A stretch of 63,655 nucleotides of DNA, counting the filler. It is 7 parts of 7 records of this genome, joined end to end, with 100 filler letters (N's around TTAATTAATTAA, not from the genome) between each part and the next. Parts side by side here need not be neighbours in the genome. Positions count along the whole stretch, not along the records: positions 1 to 12,409 come from DRR723986_17561; positions 12,510 to 24,320 come from DRR723986_17583; 5 more parts are not named here. One strand, 5' to 3'. The notes below the pieces were generated by a model. It did no database searches. It was not told the DNA's origin and saw only the letters and a list, made by a program, of their open reading frames with translations. This document shows positions 8,073 to 19,361 of this stretch, in pieces. A program made the position numbers and the translations under genes. The first letter of the stretch is position 1; each line of letters begins with the position of its first letter.

Positions 8073-9545
8073 CTATCGACCGTATAGGTTCACAATATTT
8101 CTCAGCCCTGGCAGGTCGATCCTCGCTCGATAATCCTCGGGTAAGGTCCATTTCCAGTTACCCTGGATCGTGCCGGGCGTGTTGAAGCGTGCCTCGGATC
8201 CAAGAGCCAGAAGATCCTGTATCGGGACGATCACCAGTCGTGATACCGAGCCCATCGCAGCCTGTATCACGGGCCATGGCATATCCGGGCCGTTAATTCT
8301 CAGATACCGGTTAACATGCTCCCGGGTTCGCTCATCCAGGCTCTGGTACCAGCCCAGTGTGGTGTCATTGTCGTGGGTGCCGGTATACACCAGATCCCAT
8401 TCCTTGTGGTTATGCAATAGATGGGGGTTGGCGGCGCTGCCATCAAAACCGAATTGTATGACGGTCATACCCGGTAACCGGAAACGGTGTCGAAGGGCTT
8501 CCACATCTTCCCCGATGATGCCCAGGTTCTCGGCAACCAGCGGCAAACGGGGTAACTCCCGGAAGCAGGTTTCCAGAAAATCATCGGCCGGGCCCGGCAC
8601 CCAGTAGCCATCGACCGGGCGCGGATTCTCCGCCGGAATCTCCCAGTAAGCCTGCAGCCCCCGGAAATGATCAATTCTAAGGAGATCGAACCGTTCCTGC
8701 TGGCTGGCCAGGCGCTGCACCCACCAGTGGTATCGGTCCTCCGCCATTCGCTGCCAGTCGAATAGTGGGTTCCCCCAGTGCTGACCCTCCGGCGAGAAAT
8801 AATCCGGTGGCACTCCGGCAATCACCCTTGGCTTGCCCTCACTATCCAGCTTGTAGAGATGGGGCGCCGCCCAGACATCGGCGCTGTCGTGGGCCACAAA
8901 AATGGGAATGTCGCCAAACAGCCAGATTCCCCGCTCGGCCGCATAATGGCGCAATGCTGTCCATTGTTCGAAAAACAGGTACTGCTCCAGGCATACCCGT
9001 TCCAGTGTACTTTGGTGGGATTCTCTCAGGGCTTCCAGGGCGGCCGGCTTGTGATCCCGCAGGTCGTCGGGCCAGTCCAGCCAGTTCACGCCCGGAAACG
9101 CCTCTCTGGCTGTCATGAACAGCGCAAAATCATCCAGCCACTGATGATGCTCCAGAAAATTCTGGTAAGCCTGTGCGTTGAGGGCTTCTGACTCACGATA
9201 GCAACCGGCATGGAATCGCTGGCTGGCATGTTCCAGGGCTTCGGTACGGGTAAAGGCGGTAAGTTCCTGGCTGTCGAGAAGACCGGGCGCCACCAGTTCC
9301 TCAAGGTCGATCAGAACGGGGTTCCCGGCATGGGCCGAGAGCGACTGGTACGGCGAAAGGTCTGCATGAGTGGGCCCCAATGGCAGTGTCTGCCACACCG
9401 TGATGCCTGCCTCGGCCAGAACATCCACAAACTGCCGGGCAGCGGCGCCCAGCTTGCCGGAAACGCCAGGTAATGCGGTCGGGTGCAACAGCACACCGGC
9501 ACGCCGCCTTGCCAGAACCGGATTGGATGGCATTTCTACAGTCAT
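8073..9545 (-). CDS. malQ: 4-alpha-glucanotransferase (GH77)
   Basis: GVLLHPT, GVPPDYFS, WGNP, RIDHFRG, YTGTHDNDT. Confidence 0.95.
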   Translation of the reverse strand: MTVEMPSNPVLARRRAGVLLHPTALPGVSGKLGAAARQFVDVLAEAGITVWQTLPLGPTHADLSPYQSLSAHAGNPVLIDLEELVAPGLLDSQELTAFTRTEALEHASQRFHAGCYRESEALNAQAYQNFLEHHQWLDDFALFMTAREAFPGVNWLDWPDDLRDHKPAALEALRESHQSTLERVCLEQYLFFEQWTALRHYAAERGIWLFGDIPIFVAHDSADVWAAPHLYKLDSEGKPRVIAGVPPDYFSPEGQHWGNPLFDWQRMAEDRYHWWVQRLASQQERFDLLRIDHFRGLQAYWEIPAENPRPVDGYWVPGPADDFLETCFRELPRLPLVAENLGIIGEDVEALRHRFRLPGMTVIQFGFDGSAANPHLLHNHKEWDLVYTGTHDNDTTLGWYQSLDERTREHVNRYLRINGPDMPWPVIQAAMGSVSRLVIVPIQDLLALGSEARFNTPGTIQGNWKWTLPEDYRARIDLPGLRNIVNLYGR

Positions 9546-11254
9546 GGATCGGCCTCATGCCCCGGCCGCATGGCACCGCCCTTGGCGGGCTCCCCTCCAC
9601 CCTGGCTCAGGGGCTGGAACAGGCTGGACGGCGCCGGGTAGCCAATACGCTCATAAAGGTTGGCCAGGTGCCGGCGATACAGCTGCTCGAAATCCCGAAC
9701 CACCGCTGCCGGGTTGTAATCGCCAAACCACCAGAACCAGTCCGAGCCTTCACACAATCCGAGCTGATGTGTGGCCGCCTGCTTCTGATCTGTGTTGAGG
9801 GAGCCATTATCCAGCGCCCGGTCAAAATGCTGCTTGGCCTCGCACAGCAGGTCCCAGGCCCGGTTTTTGTCGGGGTCGCCTATCCAGGTGGAAAAGGTTC
9901 CATAAATCCAGCTTCCAGCCACCAGTTCCGGGAGTTGCACAGGCTCTGTGTAATGCTCTTCCTGAAGGGTCGAATAAGTGGTCAGCCGCAGTTTCGGGTG
10001 TTTCTCAAGCACCCGGTACAGCTCGTCAAGAAAATGGAAGCCGTTCTCCGGGTAGTACTCCCAGGCATTCTCGCCGTCCAGAATCACCGAGATCACCGGG
10101 TTCTTGTCTTCTCTGGCGATGTTTTCCATGTGATGCACCAGGTCGCCAACCGCGTCCCTGGCGTGCCAGTCGGCATAGGTAAAACCAATCAGATCCGATA
10201 ACCCATCGTCACGAAAAAAAGCCGTTACATTGGCATCAGTAAACCGGTACGGCTGATGGATGCTGGCACCTTCAGGCAAGGATTTATTCGCCCTGGCCTT
10301 GTTGATGCTGTTATTGATGACTGAATCGCCGGAAGCGGTCCATCGAAAGCCTTGCTCGCCAAGCAACAGCAGCGTGGCCTGGCTCAACCCACCTTCAGAG
10401 GCCCAACAACCCGCAGGTTCGGTGCCGAAAAAGCGTTTGAAGGCTCGCCTGCCCTCGGCCAGATGCCAGATGGCCCGCTCTTTCCCCCCTGGATAGTGGT
10501 CATGCTCCGGAAGCGCGATGTCTGGCATCGCTTCTCGGGCGGCACTGAAATCCAGCAACAGGGGCACGATGGGATGGGCCCAGGGGCTCATGGCCAGTTC
10601 CACCTGGCCGGTATGCGCCAGGTGGCGGTAGCGCGGACCTATGCTGGCCATCAATTCTGCGATCACGTCCAGCAATGCCTTGCGATCGTCCAGTGTGTAC
10701 TGATGGGCCTTTTCCTGAAGGCTTTGTACCACTCCATGTTTGCGGCGCACGGTTTCCGCCATCCAGCCCAAGTGGTACCACACCAGCAGATCGGCAAGAA
10801 ACTGGGTAGAAAGATAGCGCTGAATGTCGGGCCGGGTTCGGTATAGTTCGGCCACTTCCGCCAACCGGGCATAGGCGGGAAAACGCTTGATAATCCGCTC
10901 GGCGTTTGCCCTCAGGCACTTTTCCATCAAATCCAGAAATGCCGGTGAGCCAGGTTCCGGCAGCGCCGGATCAACCAGAGCCGCAAGCAGAGGATCGCCG
11001 ATGGTTTGCCCTCCATGGCGCCATCGCTCAATGTGGTACAGATAGGTCTCAATCTGTTCCAGCAGCACCGGCGCGAAGTTCACCACCGCACGGGCATCCG
11101 GGTGGGCTTCCAGGTGCGCAGCCATGTCCACATAATCCTTGATGCAGTGCAGATAGACCCAGGGGAACAGGAACTGCCCATTGCTGTGATCCTGATAATC
11201 CGGCTGGTGCATATGCCAGCAAAGTACCACTGGCGTGCGGGGGTCAGAGGCCAT
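9542..11254 (-). CDS. Glycoside hydrolase family 57 protein
   Basis: [35 protein letters not shown]. Confidence 0.92.
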   Translation of the reverse strand: MASDPRTPVVLCWHMHQPDYQDHSNGQFLFPWVYLHCIKDYVDMAAHLEAHPDARAVVNFAPVLLEQIETYLYHIERWRHGGQTIGDPLLAALVDPALPEPGSPAFLDLMEKCLRANAERIIKRFPAYARLAEVAELYRTRPDIQRYLSTQFLADLLVWYHLGWMAETVRRKHGVVQSLQEKAHQYTLDDRKALLDVIAELMASIGPRYRHLAHTGQVELAMSPWAHPIVPLLLDFSAAREAMPDIALPEHDHYPGGKERAIWHLAEGRRAFKRFFGTEPAGCWASEGGLSQATLLLLGEQGFRWTASGDSVINNSINKARANKSLPEGASIHQPYRFTDANVTAFFRDDGLSDLIGFTYADWHARDAVGDLVHHMENIAREDKNPVISVILDGENAWEYYPENGFHFLDELYRVLEKHPKLRLTTYSTLQEEHYTEPVQLPELVAGSWIYGTFSTWIGDPDKNRAWDLLCEAKQHFDRALDNGSLNTDQKQAATHQLGLCEGSDWFWWFGDYNPAAVVRDFEQLYRRHLANLYERIGYPAPSSLFQPLSQGGGEPAKGGAMRPGHEADP

Positions 11255-12409
11255 GGGGATAATCCTGCCCGAGCATCTCGGGAGTGATCAGCACAACACC
11301 TTTAGACGACACGTGGAAGCGTTTTTCATCTGCTGTCCGATCAAAACCAACCCGGGTGCCTTCCGGAATCCGGCAGCCGCGGTCAATCACCGCTTTGCGA
11401 ATGTGGCAATCGCGTCCAATGTCCACGTCCGGGAAGATTACAGAGTCCTCCACCTCACTGAAGGAATGCACCCGAACCTGGGAGAACAACAGCGAGTGTC
11501 GAACGTGAGCGCCAGAAACGATGCAGCCGCCGGCCACCATGGAATCGACGGCCGTGCCCCGACGGTTGTCATCATCGAACACGAACTTGGCCGGCGGTAA
11601 CTGTTCCTGGTAAGTCCAGATCGGCCAGTCCGAATCGTACAGATTCAGTTCCGGGCTGATACCGATCAGTTCCAGGTTGGCCTGCCACAGGGAATCGATG
11701 GTTCCGACATCGCGCCAGTATGCCACCTTGTTGTTGACTGGATCCCGGAACGGGAAAGCCGTAACCCGAAGGCGCTTGATCACCGAGGGAATAATATCCT
11801 TGCCGAAATCATGGGAAGAGTTACCGTCCATCTTGTGATCCCGCAGCAGTTCATTAAACAGAACTTTCGTGCTGAACACGTAAATACCCATCGACACCAG
11901 CGCTGTCCCCGGTTTACCCGGCATGGCCTTGGGGTGGGCCGGCTTTTCCTCGAATTCGGTAATGCGTAAATCTTCATCCACCGACATCACCCCGAACGCC
12001 GAAGCTTCTTCGACGAGCACCTCAATACAGCCCACGGTAATATCCGCCTCCTGTTCCACGTGAGCAGCCAGCATGGTGCCGTAATCCATTTTGTAGACAT
12101 GGTCACCTGCCAGAATCAACACGTACTCCGGCTGGTGGCTGCGAATGATGTCCAGGTTCTGCAGCACGGCGTCTGCTGTGCCCTCGTACCAGGAGGTCTC
12201 AATGCGCTGCTGGGCCGGCAACAGTTCCACAAATTCATCCAGCTCCCCCCGCAGGAACCCCCAGCCGCGCTGAATGTGACGGATCAATGAGTGGGATTTG
12301 TACTGGGTGATAACGCCTACCTGACCAATGCCGGAGTTGATGCAGTTGGACAACGGGAAATCGATAATCCTGAACTTACCCCCGAAGGGAACGGCGGGCT
12401 TGGCTCGCC
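11244..12409 (-). CDS. glgC: Glucose-1-phosphate adenylyltransferase, 5'-truncated by contig end
   Basis: [17 protein letters not shown] at the contig edge; [28 protein letters not shown]. Confidence 0.95.
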
Positions 12410-12509
12410 NNNNNNNNNNNNNNNNNNNNNNNNNNNNNNNNNNNNNNNNNNNNTTAATTAATTAANNNNNNNNNNNNNNNNNNNNNNNNNNNNNNNNNNN
12501 NNNNNNNNN
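12410..12509. other. Artificial contig spacer
   Basis: 44 N + TTAATTAATTAA + 44 N. Confidence 0.99.
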
Positions 12510-12700
12510 AAATTCAGGTATAGAATTGTGAACAGCGACCAGATTTTCAATCCGGGCCTGAGTTATGTTGACAGAAGCACACAAGTCTCAATCCCCCATC
12601 TGCTAGACAAAATAGAAGGTTCCAAATTACATTTTTTTTGATTCAATCCTGAATAGACATGCCCAGAATGCAGGGTAAAACATCCAGTCCTTTAACCACC

Positions 12701-12732
12701 AAAATGCCGCGCCCCCAAAGAGAGACGCGGCA
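12701..12732 (-). terminator. Intrinsic terminator after the T9SS cargo gene
   Basis: TGCCGCG/CGCGGCA stem followed by a T-run on the minus strand. Confidence 0.6.
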
Positions 12733-12767
12733 AATTGAACTGTTCTAGTTTCTGTGAATTGTAATTA

Positions 12768-15545
12768 TCAGCGCACTATGGTAAACGGCAGAGACTGACT
12801 CCAGCCATTGACTGAACGCGCACGTACAAAGTAGACACCCTGCCCCAATGTTTGCAAATCAAATGCCTGGGTGTGCTGCCCCGCCTTAAAGTCCTGCGCA
12901 GCGATATTGATGAGAACTTGTCCCGTCATGTTAACAACTTCAAACTCGAGCGTTTTAACACGGTCCAGACTAAACTCAAAGTTTAAGCTGTTGTTCGCTG
13001 GATTGGGAGTCAGAAGCGTCGCGGAAAGTGCAAAGTCTTCGTCCACAGGTGTTGGCAGTTCCGGCGGAAGAGGTGGACAGCAGTATTGCACCGTCAGCTC
13101 AACCCAGTCGATGCTGGTGTCATCCTGAATGAAAAAGTCAAACGTTCCATCCATTAGTGCAGGTAAAGCGCTGGGTGTGCGGTTCCCTCCCAGATTAGCC
13201 AGATCGATCACGACCGTTGTTGGCCCAACATTGCGCCAAATGAGCCCAGTCAGATCTTCTATGCGACGGCTGTAAATGACCTTCCCATCCTGCACAAAAT
13301 TAATATCGTCATTGCGACTCTCCGGATTCGGCAGCGTTTGCATGCGGATGGTCAAGGTTGCACCTACGATGCAACAGCCGGCATCCTGCAAGGCCTCAAA
13401 GTCACTGAAACTATGCGCAAAATGCCTGTTAATCTGGGTATTGTCAAAGCCGCGTAGCGGACTTCTGCCCGCCAAAAAGTTCATCAGATCAAGTGAAGGC
13501 GTAACTGGTGGGAAATCAGTATTTGTAATCTGAAAATTGTCTTTTTCACCGTACAAATAGGTTTCAGACTCCGGCATCGCGCATTTGAGTGCGTTGCCAA
13601 AGTCGAGGTTTTCAACCGGTGTGCCGGACTCCAGAATTACTTCGTAATAGCCGGTAGCGGGATAGGTTTGAACATATGACGGTGATTGAGTTTCGTACAC
13701 GTGCCAGCTTGCGTATTGCAGGCCCAAGAATTTGTAGTTGCCATCTGCGTCAGTAACTGTGCTGACGACATCACCTGTTTGCGGGTTAACTGCGTTAATA
13801 GTGGTACCGGCCAAACCTGGTTCGCCGGGGTCGCGAACACCATTACAATTCAGGTCTTCAAATTTTTGGCCACACATTATGCCATCATCAATTGTGCAAT
13901 AGACCACAACTTCTTCGTTGCAGGATATCCAGTCACCCAACTGATCGTCATAATATTCAAAGAGAATCGTGAATTGACTTGAAAAGGCATCAAAACAGTA
14001 ACTTCCCAAATCAACTGTACCAGGAGTGAGGGGGCGGTTAACAATTATGCGATTCCCGATAATATCGTACAGATGCAGACCGTTGCCTGTGTAATTGATA
14101 CTTAAGATTTCGTCGTAAACGGTCATTCGAACCGCGCTGTAATTACACGGATGCCCTTCATCAACTATCACACCAAATTCAAAACAACAATCATCCGGTG
14201 AAACGCTGTTGACACCAAAGGGCTGGAGATATTCACAACAGGTGCTTTGACAGCAATACTCCACTTTGAGTTCGACCCAGTCAACCTGGGTATCGTCCTC
14301 TATATAGAAGTCAAATGTCCCATCGCGCAAACTCGGCAAAACACTGGTGCCTATATTGCCTGGTAAATCGGCCAGGTCCAACTCCATTGTGACAGTATTA
14401 GGTGCCGACCAAGCCATAATTCCGAGCAGGTTTTTGATGCGCGCAGAATAGATGTTCACGCCGTTTTGGGCAATTATGAGCGCATCATTGCCCGCCATGG
14501 ACGTGTTGTGTGGTTGCATCCTGATTGTTAAGGTAGCACCTACCAGGCAGCAATTGTCACGGCCAAGATCTGTGAAGCTGTGCGCAAAAAAGCGATCAGT
14601 ATGTATATCGTCAAATCCGGCCAACGATTTACCGGCGAGCAATGTTTGCAGCTCGCTGCTCAACTGGGCCGGCGGATCATCTACAGCAGGACCAAAATCG
14701 TCCTTGGAACCAGCGAGGAATATAGCCTCCTCGGGATCGGCGCAGGCCAGGAAATTCCCAAAATCCAGATTTTGGACTTTTTGGCCTGTCTCAAGAACCA
14801 TGCTGTAGCGCCCGGTGGCAGGAGCTGTCTGGACCCAGCCGGCCTGTTGTTCTTCGAATATATGCCAGGGAGCCAATTCGAGTCCGGTGAACTCATAGTT
14901 ACCATCAGCATCAGTAATCTGTGTGATAGTTGTATTGTTTGCGGTATTGATGGCTTTGATTGTCCAGCCTGGAATTCCGGGTTCATGTGGATCACGCACG
15001 CCATTACAATTGAGATCGTTAAATTTTGTGCCGCAGAATGCCGCATTTTGAATATCACAGTACAGAATATATTCGTTAGGGCAGCTTATCCAGCCTTGAT
15101 ATTGCGTCGTGAAAAAGCTGAATGACACAGTATAGTAGGGTTGGTTGCCGCTGATGCACACGGCACCGAGGTAGTTTGAGCCTTCCTTAAAACACCCCGT
15201 CCAGTCCACACTGTTTGTTCCTAAGCCGGCAATAAAATCACCGTACTCGACAATTGATAAGATAACGGGGTCACCCTGTATGTGCATTGTGAGCCCGACG
15301 GTTTCACATCCCGACCCAGGTTCCAGATCGGCATAGATTCTAAAACAACAGTTGCCGAGGTCCGATGCATTTTCGTAGCGCAATGTTATTGCTTCGCAGC
15401 ATTCAAACTGAGCATGACTGTTTGGAGCAGCCGTACACAAAAAGACAAAACACAAGGCAGATAACAGAAGCCCACCAGAATGCCACCACTTTGTGCATCG
15501 GGGTTCCAAAACACAGGCTTGAAATGTTAAATTGGATGTAATCAT
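12768..15545 (-). CDS. T9SS type A sorting protein with two SdrD-B/Cna-like domains and a duplicated Cys-rich module
   Basis: Signal peptide; twice G.KF.DLNCNGVRDP.EPG...TDADGNY.F..L; C-terminal PNPAN...GVYFVR CTD. Start ATG 15545 chosen over the upstream TTG. Confidence 0.85.
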   Translation of the reverse strand: MITSNLTFQACVLEPRCTKWWHSGGLLLSALCFVFLCTAAPNSHAQFECCEAITLRYENASDLGNCCFRIYADLEPGSGCETVGLTMHIQGDPVILSIVEYGDFIAGLGTNSVDWTGCFKEGSNYLGAVCISGNQPYYTVSFSFFTTQYQGWISCPNEYILYCDIQNAAFCGTKFNDLNCNGVRDPHEPGIPGWTIKAINTANNTTITQITDADGNYEFTGLELAPWHIFEEQQAGWVQTAPATGRYSMVLETGQKVQNLDFGNFLACADPEEAIFLAGSKDDFGPAVDDPPAQLSSELQTLLAGKSLAGFDDIHTDRFFAHSFTDLGRDNCCLVGATLTIRMQPHNTSMAGNDALIIAQNGVNIYSARIKNLLGIMAWSAPNTVTMELDLADLPGNIGTSVLPSLRDGTFDFYIEDDTQVDWVELKVEYCCQSTCCEYLQPFGVNSVSPDDCCFEFGVIVDEGHPCNYSAVRMTVYDEILSINYTGNGLHLYDIIGNRIIVNRPLTPGTVDLGSYCFDAFSSQFTILFEYYDDQLGDWISCNEEVVVYCTIDDGIMCGQKFEDLNCNGVRDPGEPGLAGTTINAVNPQTGDVVSTVTDADGNYKFLGLQYASWHVYETQSPSYVQTYPATGYYEVILESGTPVENLDFGNALKCAMPESETYLYGEKDNFQITNTDFPPVTPSLDLMNFLAGRSPLRGFDNTQINRHFAHSFSDFEALQDAGCCIVGATLTIRMQTLPNPESRNDDINFVQDGKVIYSRRIEDLTGLIWRNVGPTTVVIDLANLGGNRTPSALPALMDGTFDFFIQDDTSIDWVELTVQYCCPPLPPELPTPVDEDFALSATLLTPNPANNSLNFEFSLDRVKTLEFEVVNMTGQVLINIAAQDFKAGQHTQAFDLQTLGQGVYFVRARSVNGWSQSLPFTIVR

Positions 15546-16209
15546 TGTAAATCGAATGTTAATAGTGTGTAATAGAAAATACAATCCCGCTCGGCACCGA
15601 GCGGGTGACGACTACATTTCTATCTCACAAGAGCTTATCGGGGCAAATCCTGGCGCAAGATGTTAACATCTTTGCTATGTTTAGGCACTCACAGGCGGCC
15701 AGTTGCAGGATGCGATTTTGCCTATGGAACGTGTTATTTATCCCATAGTCAGTTGCAGCATTCCGTTTAACTGAAGTACAGCCATCGCCGGCGAGCCAGC
15801 ATATCGGAGCCTATTCCAGAGTGAATTGCAGGAGCTAACCGGCCAGGACAGCACACGCCCTGACTAGAGCGACTGTCCGGCTGGGCAGCTGTGAAGCACA
15901 CTCCGAAGCTTGGTGCTCCATCTGGAACACAAGCCAGGCAAGATGTTAACAAAGGACATTGGAGAGACCAGTGTACCTTGTTCGAGCATCATGTTTTAAC
16001 ATGGACAAAGGGTTATGCGAGAAAAGCCGCAGATATCTGTCTGTGTAGATAGAAATGACAGAGGTGTTTTGGGAGTAATCAGAACAGTAAATACAATACC
16101 AAAGTCTATGCAAGGAATTAGCAGAGAAGGAGACTGGTGGACTAGTCGGCGACCATTGGTACTACAGTTAATATCTCCTCTAAATTGTTTGTAACTTCAT
16201 CAGACTTCC

Positions 16210-16239
16210 CAAAGATATACATTTAATTGAGACTTCAAA
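16210..16239 (-). promoter_or_regulatory. Bacteroidota housekeeping sigma promoter
   Basis: Minus strand TTTG-N18-TATCTTTG fits the -33/-7 consensus TTTG...TAnnTTTG. Confidence 0.55.
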
Positions 16240-16404
16240 ACAAGTTTTTTGACAAAAAATATCCAGTTTCATTTGACTGTAGCTTTTCTGTATTTTGTAG
16301 AATGGCCAAGCTTCCCCAGCAGTAAAAAATATTTGGCACAAGTACATTTACGATATTGAGGCGGTAGATTGGGCCAGATTGAAGGCCGGCCGTTGGAGTT
16401 TTAT

Positions 16405-17307
16405 ATGCAACATGTTAACATCAAATGTGCGAGCCTCTTAGTCCTGTTGTGCACGGCTCTGTGTACACAGGCGCTGACTGCAAAAGAAGAATTGAATGCG
16501 GCGCTGGAACTGGACGGCGGCACTACACTCCATAAACAACTGCTGCCGATGGGTGATCACGATATGCAGGTCTGGATATACCTGCCGGCAGAAAGCAGTG
16601 TGAATCCCCTGCCTTTAGTACTGATAGCGCCGGCGGGCTCCAACATGGTAACAGGTATGCCACTGGCCGATGGTGACAGCCAGGAACATATTCCCTATGC
16701 GCAGGCCGGTTATGCCGTTGTGGCCTATTCGATTTCCTATGACCTGGCCGACGATGCAGAAGGCAGTGCGCAGGCTGCTGCGCTGGACGGCTTCAGGCAG
16801 TTTGAGGGCGGCGTCAAAAATGCCGGAGCCGCGTTGGATTATATGCTACGTGTATTGGGCCACAGGATTGACACAGACAAAATTTATGCAGCGGGACACA
16901 GCAGCGCGGCAACGCTGGCCCTGCAGCTGACAGCCAAGGAAGCACGAATTAAGGCCTGCGCGGCTTATGCACCATCCGTCGATTTTGCAGCCTGGTTTGG
17001 CAGCGACCTGGAAACAGTTAACAAAGTGTTCCCCGGTTACACGGACTGGTTGATGGCGATGTCACCCGACCGTCTGATGGATCAACTCTCGGTACCGATA
17101 TTTCTGTTTGTGGCTGAAGATGACAGTGTGACGTCAGCGACGAGTGTCAAGACTTTTGCCAAACAGCTGGAGATGCGTGATGTTAACACGACACTGGAGA
17201 CGGTGCCGACGGGTGACCACTATTACCCAATGTTGGAGACGGGCATACCACTGGCGATTAAGTGGCTGGGGCAGTTCAGTGGAATTGAGGCTGAGTCTGG
17301 AGACTGA
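16405..17307 (+). CDS. Secreted alpha/beta hydrolase (S9 peptidase-like)
   Basis: Signal peptide; nucleophile elbow AGHSSA; Asp in AEDD and His in GDHY. Confidence 0.8.
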   Translation: MQHVNIKCASLLVLLCTALCTQALTAKEELNAALELDGGTTLHKQLLPMGDHDMQVWIYLPAESSVNPLPLVLIAPAGSNMVTGMPLADGDSQEHIPYAQAGYAVVAYSISYDLADDAEGSAQAAALDGFRQFEGGVKNAGAALDYMLRVLGHRIDTDKIYAAGHSSAATLALQLTAKEARIKACAAYAPSVDFAAWFGSDLETVNKVFPGYTDWLMAMSPDRLMDQLSVPIFLFVAEDDSVTSATSVKTFAKQLEMRDVNTTLETVPTGDHYYPMLETGIPLAIKWLGQFSGIEAESGD

Positions 17308-17386
17308 GAGGCTTGAGAATTGAGGTTGGAGGCTGGAGCTTTGGGGCTCAAGGGCAGACTTGGGGCTGGAGGTTTGGGGCTCAGGG
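17304..17386 (+). repeat. Degenerate heptamer tandem repeat
   Basis: About 7-nt units such as CTGAGAG, TTGGAGG, CTGGAGC, TTTGGGG, CTCAAGG directly after a stop codon. Confidence 0.55.
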
Positions 17387-17575
17387 ACAAACATAATCAT
17401 CCTCAAAAAGCAAGCCGCCCTGCCCCTGCGGACGGTGTTGGGGCGGCGCTGCAATCTGGACCTTGCACATCCTTAGCCGGCAATTAGACTTACGTAGATC
17501 AACTTTTTTTGTTAGTGAGCACTTACAAGTTGTAAATTTCGGCCAATAAATATTTGGAGCTGCAATTGTGAGACG

Positions 17576-19273
17576 GTGATCTTGTTGATCAAGCTTACAG
17601 AATTCGAAAAGGCCGTGCAACCCGAAGTCTACATTCGCGGTGCGGAATACTTCCATGCCGGCAATGTGATTAGCTGCGAAATTTTCGGACCTTTAAGCTA
17701 CGTAGCTCGGGTTGCGGGTACGCGCGTGTATACCGTCAGATTAATGATTGAGCATGGCAGTCTGCACAATCTGGAATGCAGTTGCCCATACGACAACGAA
17801 GCAGTCTGTAAACACATCGTAGCAGTTGTTTTTCATGTTCAGGCACAAGAATTCGGCAGCCACCCAATGAAAACTTCCAACAAGCCGGCAAAAATGAACA
17901 AGCAGCACGACGCAGCTATTGAAATTGATGCTATTCTCAAAAAGGTTTCGGCCAAAGAACTTAAACAATGGGTTCGGGAGGTCTGTTTAACAGATGCGAA
18001 CATGCGCAATCAACTTTTAGAGAATTTTCAGCCCCAGCCCCAAATCATAGATAAGGCATTTTATCGCCAAATGATCGAAGGAATCGTCGATGCTCTAACT
18101 GACTCAAGCGGCTTTATCGGCCGGCGCAGGGCGAGCGACATAGGTTTTGCTGTTGATGATATCGTCAAGCAGGCCCGAGTGAATGTACAGACGCAAAACT
18201 ACCCTGCCGCCTTTCCAATTATTTGCGCGATTATGGAAGAGTTGGTTCCGCTGTTCCACTACGCAGACGACAGTTCGGGAGTACTCTCCGGCTGTGTTTT
18301 TGAGGCTGCTGAGCTTCTGCACGAGATTGCAATTCAAAACTTAGACCCGGGCTTACGCCAAAACATGCTGGACTATGCACTTGATGCTTATCGCCGTAAA
18401 ATCTATGAAGGCTGGGATTGGCATTTTGAGATGATCGAACTCGCAGTTAAACTACAACCTACTGAAGCCGAAGCCAGGATGATTCACGGGATGTTAACAA
18501 CTGTTGCGGGCCACGACTTTGAAGTTGAAACGGCACAAAGCCTTGCACTACGTGTGCTGGAGTTGTACGCAGACCGGACTGAGATTGATGCGTATATCAA
18601 AGGCCACCTTAAAAATCCGGAGATTCGCAAACGAGCAATTGAAACGGCAATTGAAAACCGTGAACTTGATAAAGCCGAAAAACTTGCTAAAGCCGGAATA
18701 AAACGGAATGAAAAAAGGTATCCCGGACTGTTAAAGGACTGGTATACCTACCTGCAGTCAATTGCCAAAATTCGCGGTGACAAAGCCCAGCTGATAGAAA
18801 TCAACAAGGTTCTGTTTCTGGGCTCTTACGAGGACTTAAACAAAGCGTATACTGCATTAAAGCGCAGCGTACCCAAATCTGAATGGAGTAGTTTTGTTCA
18901 AATCATGCTGACGGCGCTGCGTGGAAAAACAGAATTTGGCGATTCGCCGCATCTGCTGCATGTTTATGTGGCTGAAAAGATGTGGCCTGAACTCTTTCAA
19001 CACATCAGCAAATTTCCGCACCTGCGCACTATCGAGCAGTATGCTCCCAAGCTCAAGGCTGACTTTCAGGCTGAAGTCGCAACATTGTATTCAGATGCAA
19101 TTATAGAGGATGCACAACATTCTCTGGGCCGGGCGGCATACAAAAAGACGTGCACATATATCCGACGCCTGCGCAAGTTTGGCAGTCAAGAGGATGTAGA
19201 TCAGGTGATTGCCGTGCTGCGTGCAATGTTTCCCCAACGTCCCGCCTTGCAGGACGAACTTAACAAACTCTAG
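17576..19273 (+). CDS. SWIM zinc-finger domain protein with long helical C-terminal region
   Basis: IYxRG-like start (VYIRGAEYF), ARVAGTRVYTV, CSCPY...CKHIVAV. Confidence 0.85.
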   Translation: MILLIKLTEFEKAVQPEVYIRGAEYFHAGNVISCEIFGPLSYVARVAGTRVYTVRLMIEHGSLHNLECSCPYDNEAVCKHIVAVVFHVQAQEFGSHPMKTSNKPAKMNKQHDAAIEIDAILKKVSAKELKQWVREVCLTDANMRNQLLENFQPQPQIIDKAFYRQMIEGIVDALTDSSGFIGRRRASDIGFAVDDIVKQARVNVQTQNYPAAFPIICAIMEELVPLFHYADDSSGVLSGCVFEAAELLHEIAIQNLDPGLRQNMLDYALDAYRRKIYEGWDWHFEMIELAVKLQPTEAEARMIHGMLTTVAGHDFEVETAQSLALRVLELYADRTEIDAYIKGHLKNPEIRKRAIETAIENRELDKAEKLAKAGIKRNEKRYPGLLKDWYTYLQSIAKIRGDKAQLIEINKVLFLGSYEDLNKAYTALKRSVPKSEWSSFVQIMLTALRGKTEFGDSPHLLHVYVAEKMWPELFQHISKFPHLRTIEQYAPKLKADFQAEVATLYSDAIIEDAQHSLGRAAYKKTCTYIRRLRKFGSQEDVDQVIAVLRAMFPQRPALQDELNKL

Positions 19274-19361
19274 TTTAGTGCGCTTCTGTTCGAGTAATAT
19301 GCCTTGTAAGCATTGCAGAGTTAATTCACTATCCAGTATAGATTAACACGAGAAATTCAAT

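Noticed and set aside
12454-12465. TTAATTAATTAA repeated six times
   Set aside because: Synthetic all-frame stop linker embedded in Ns
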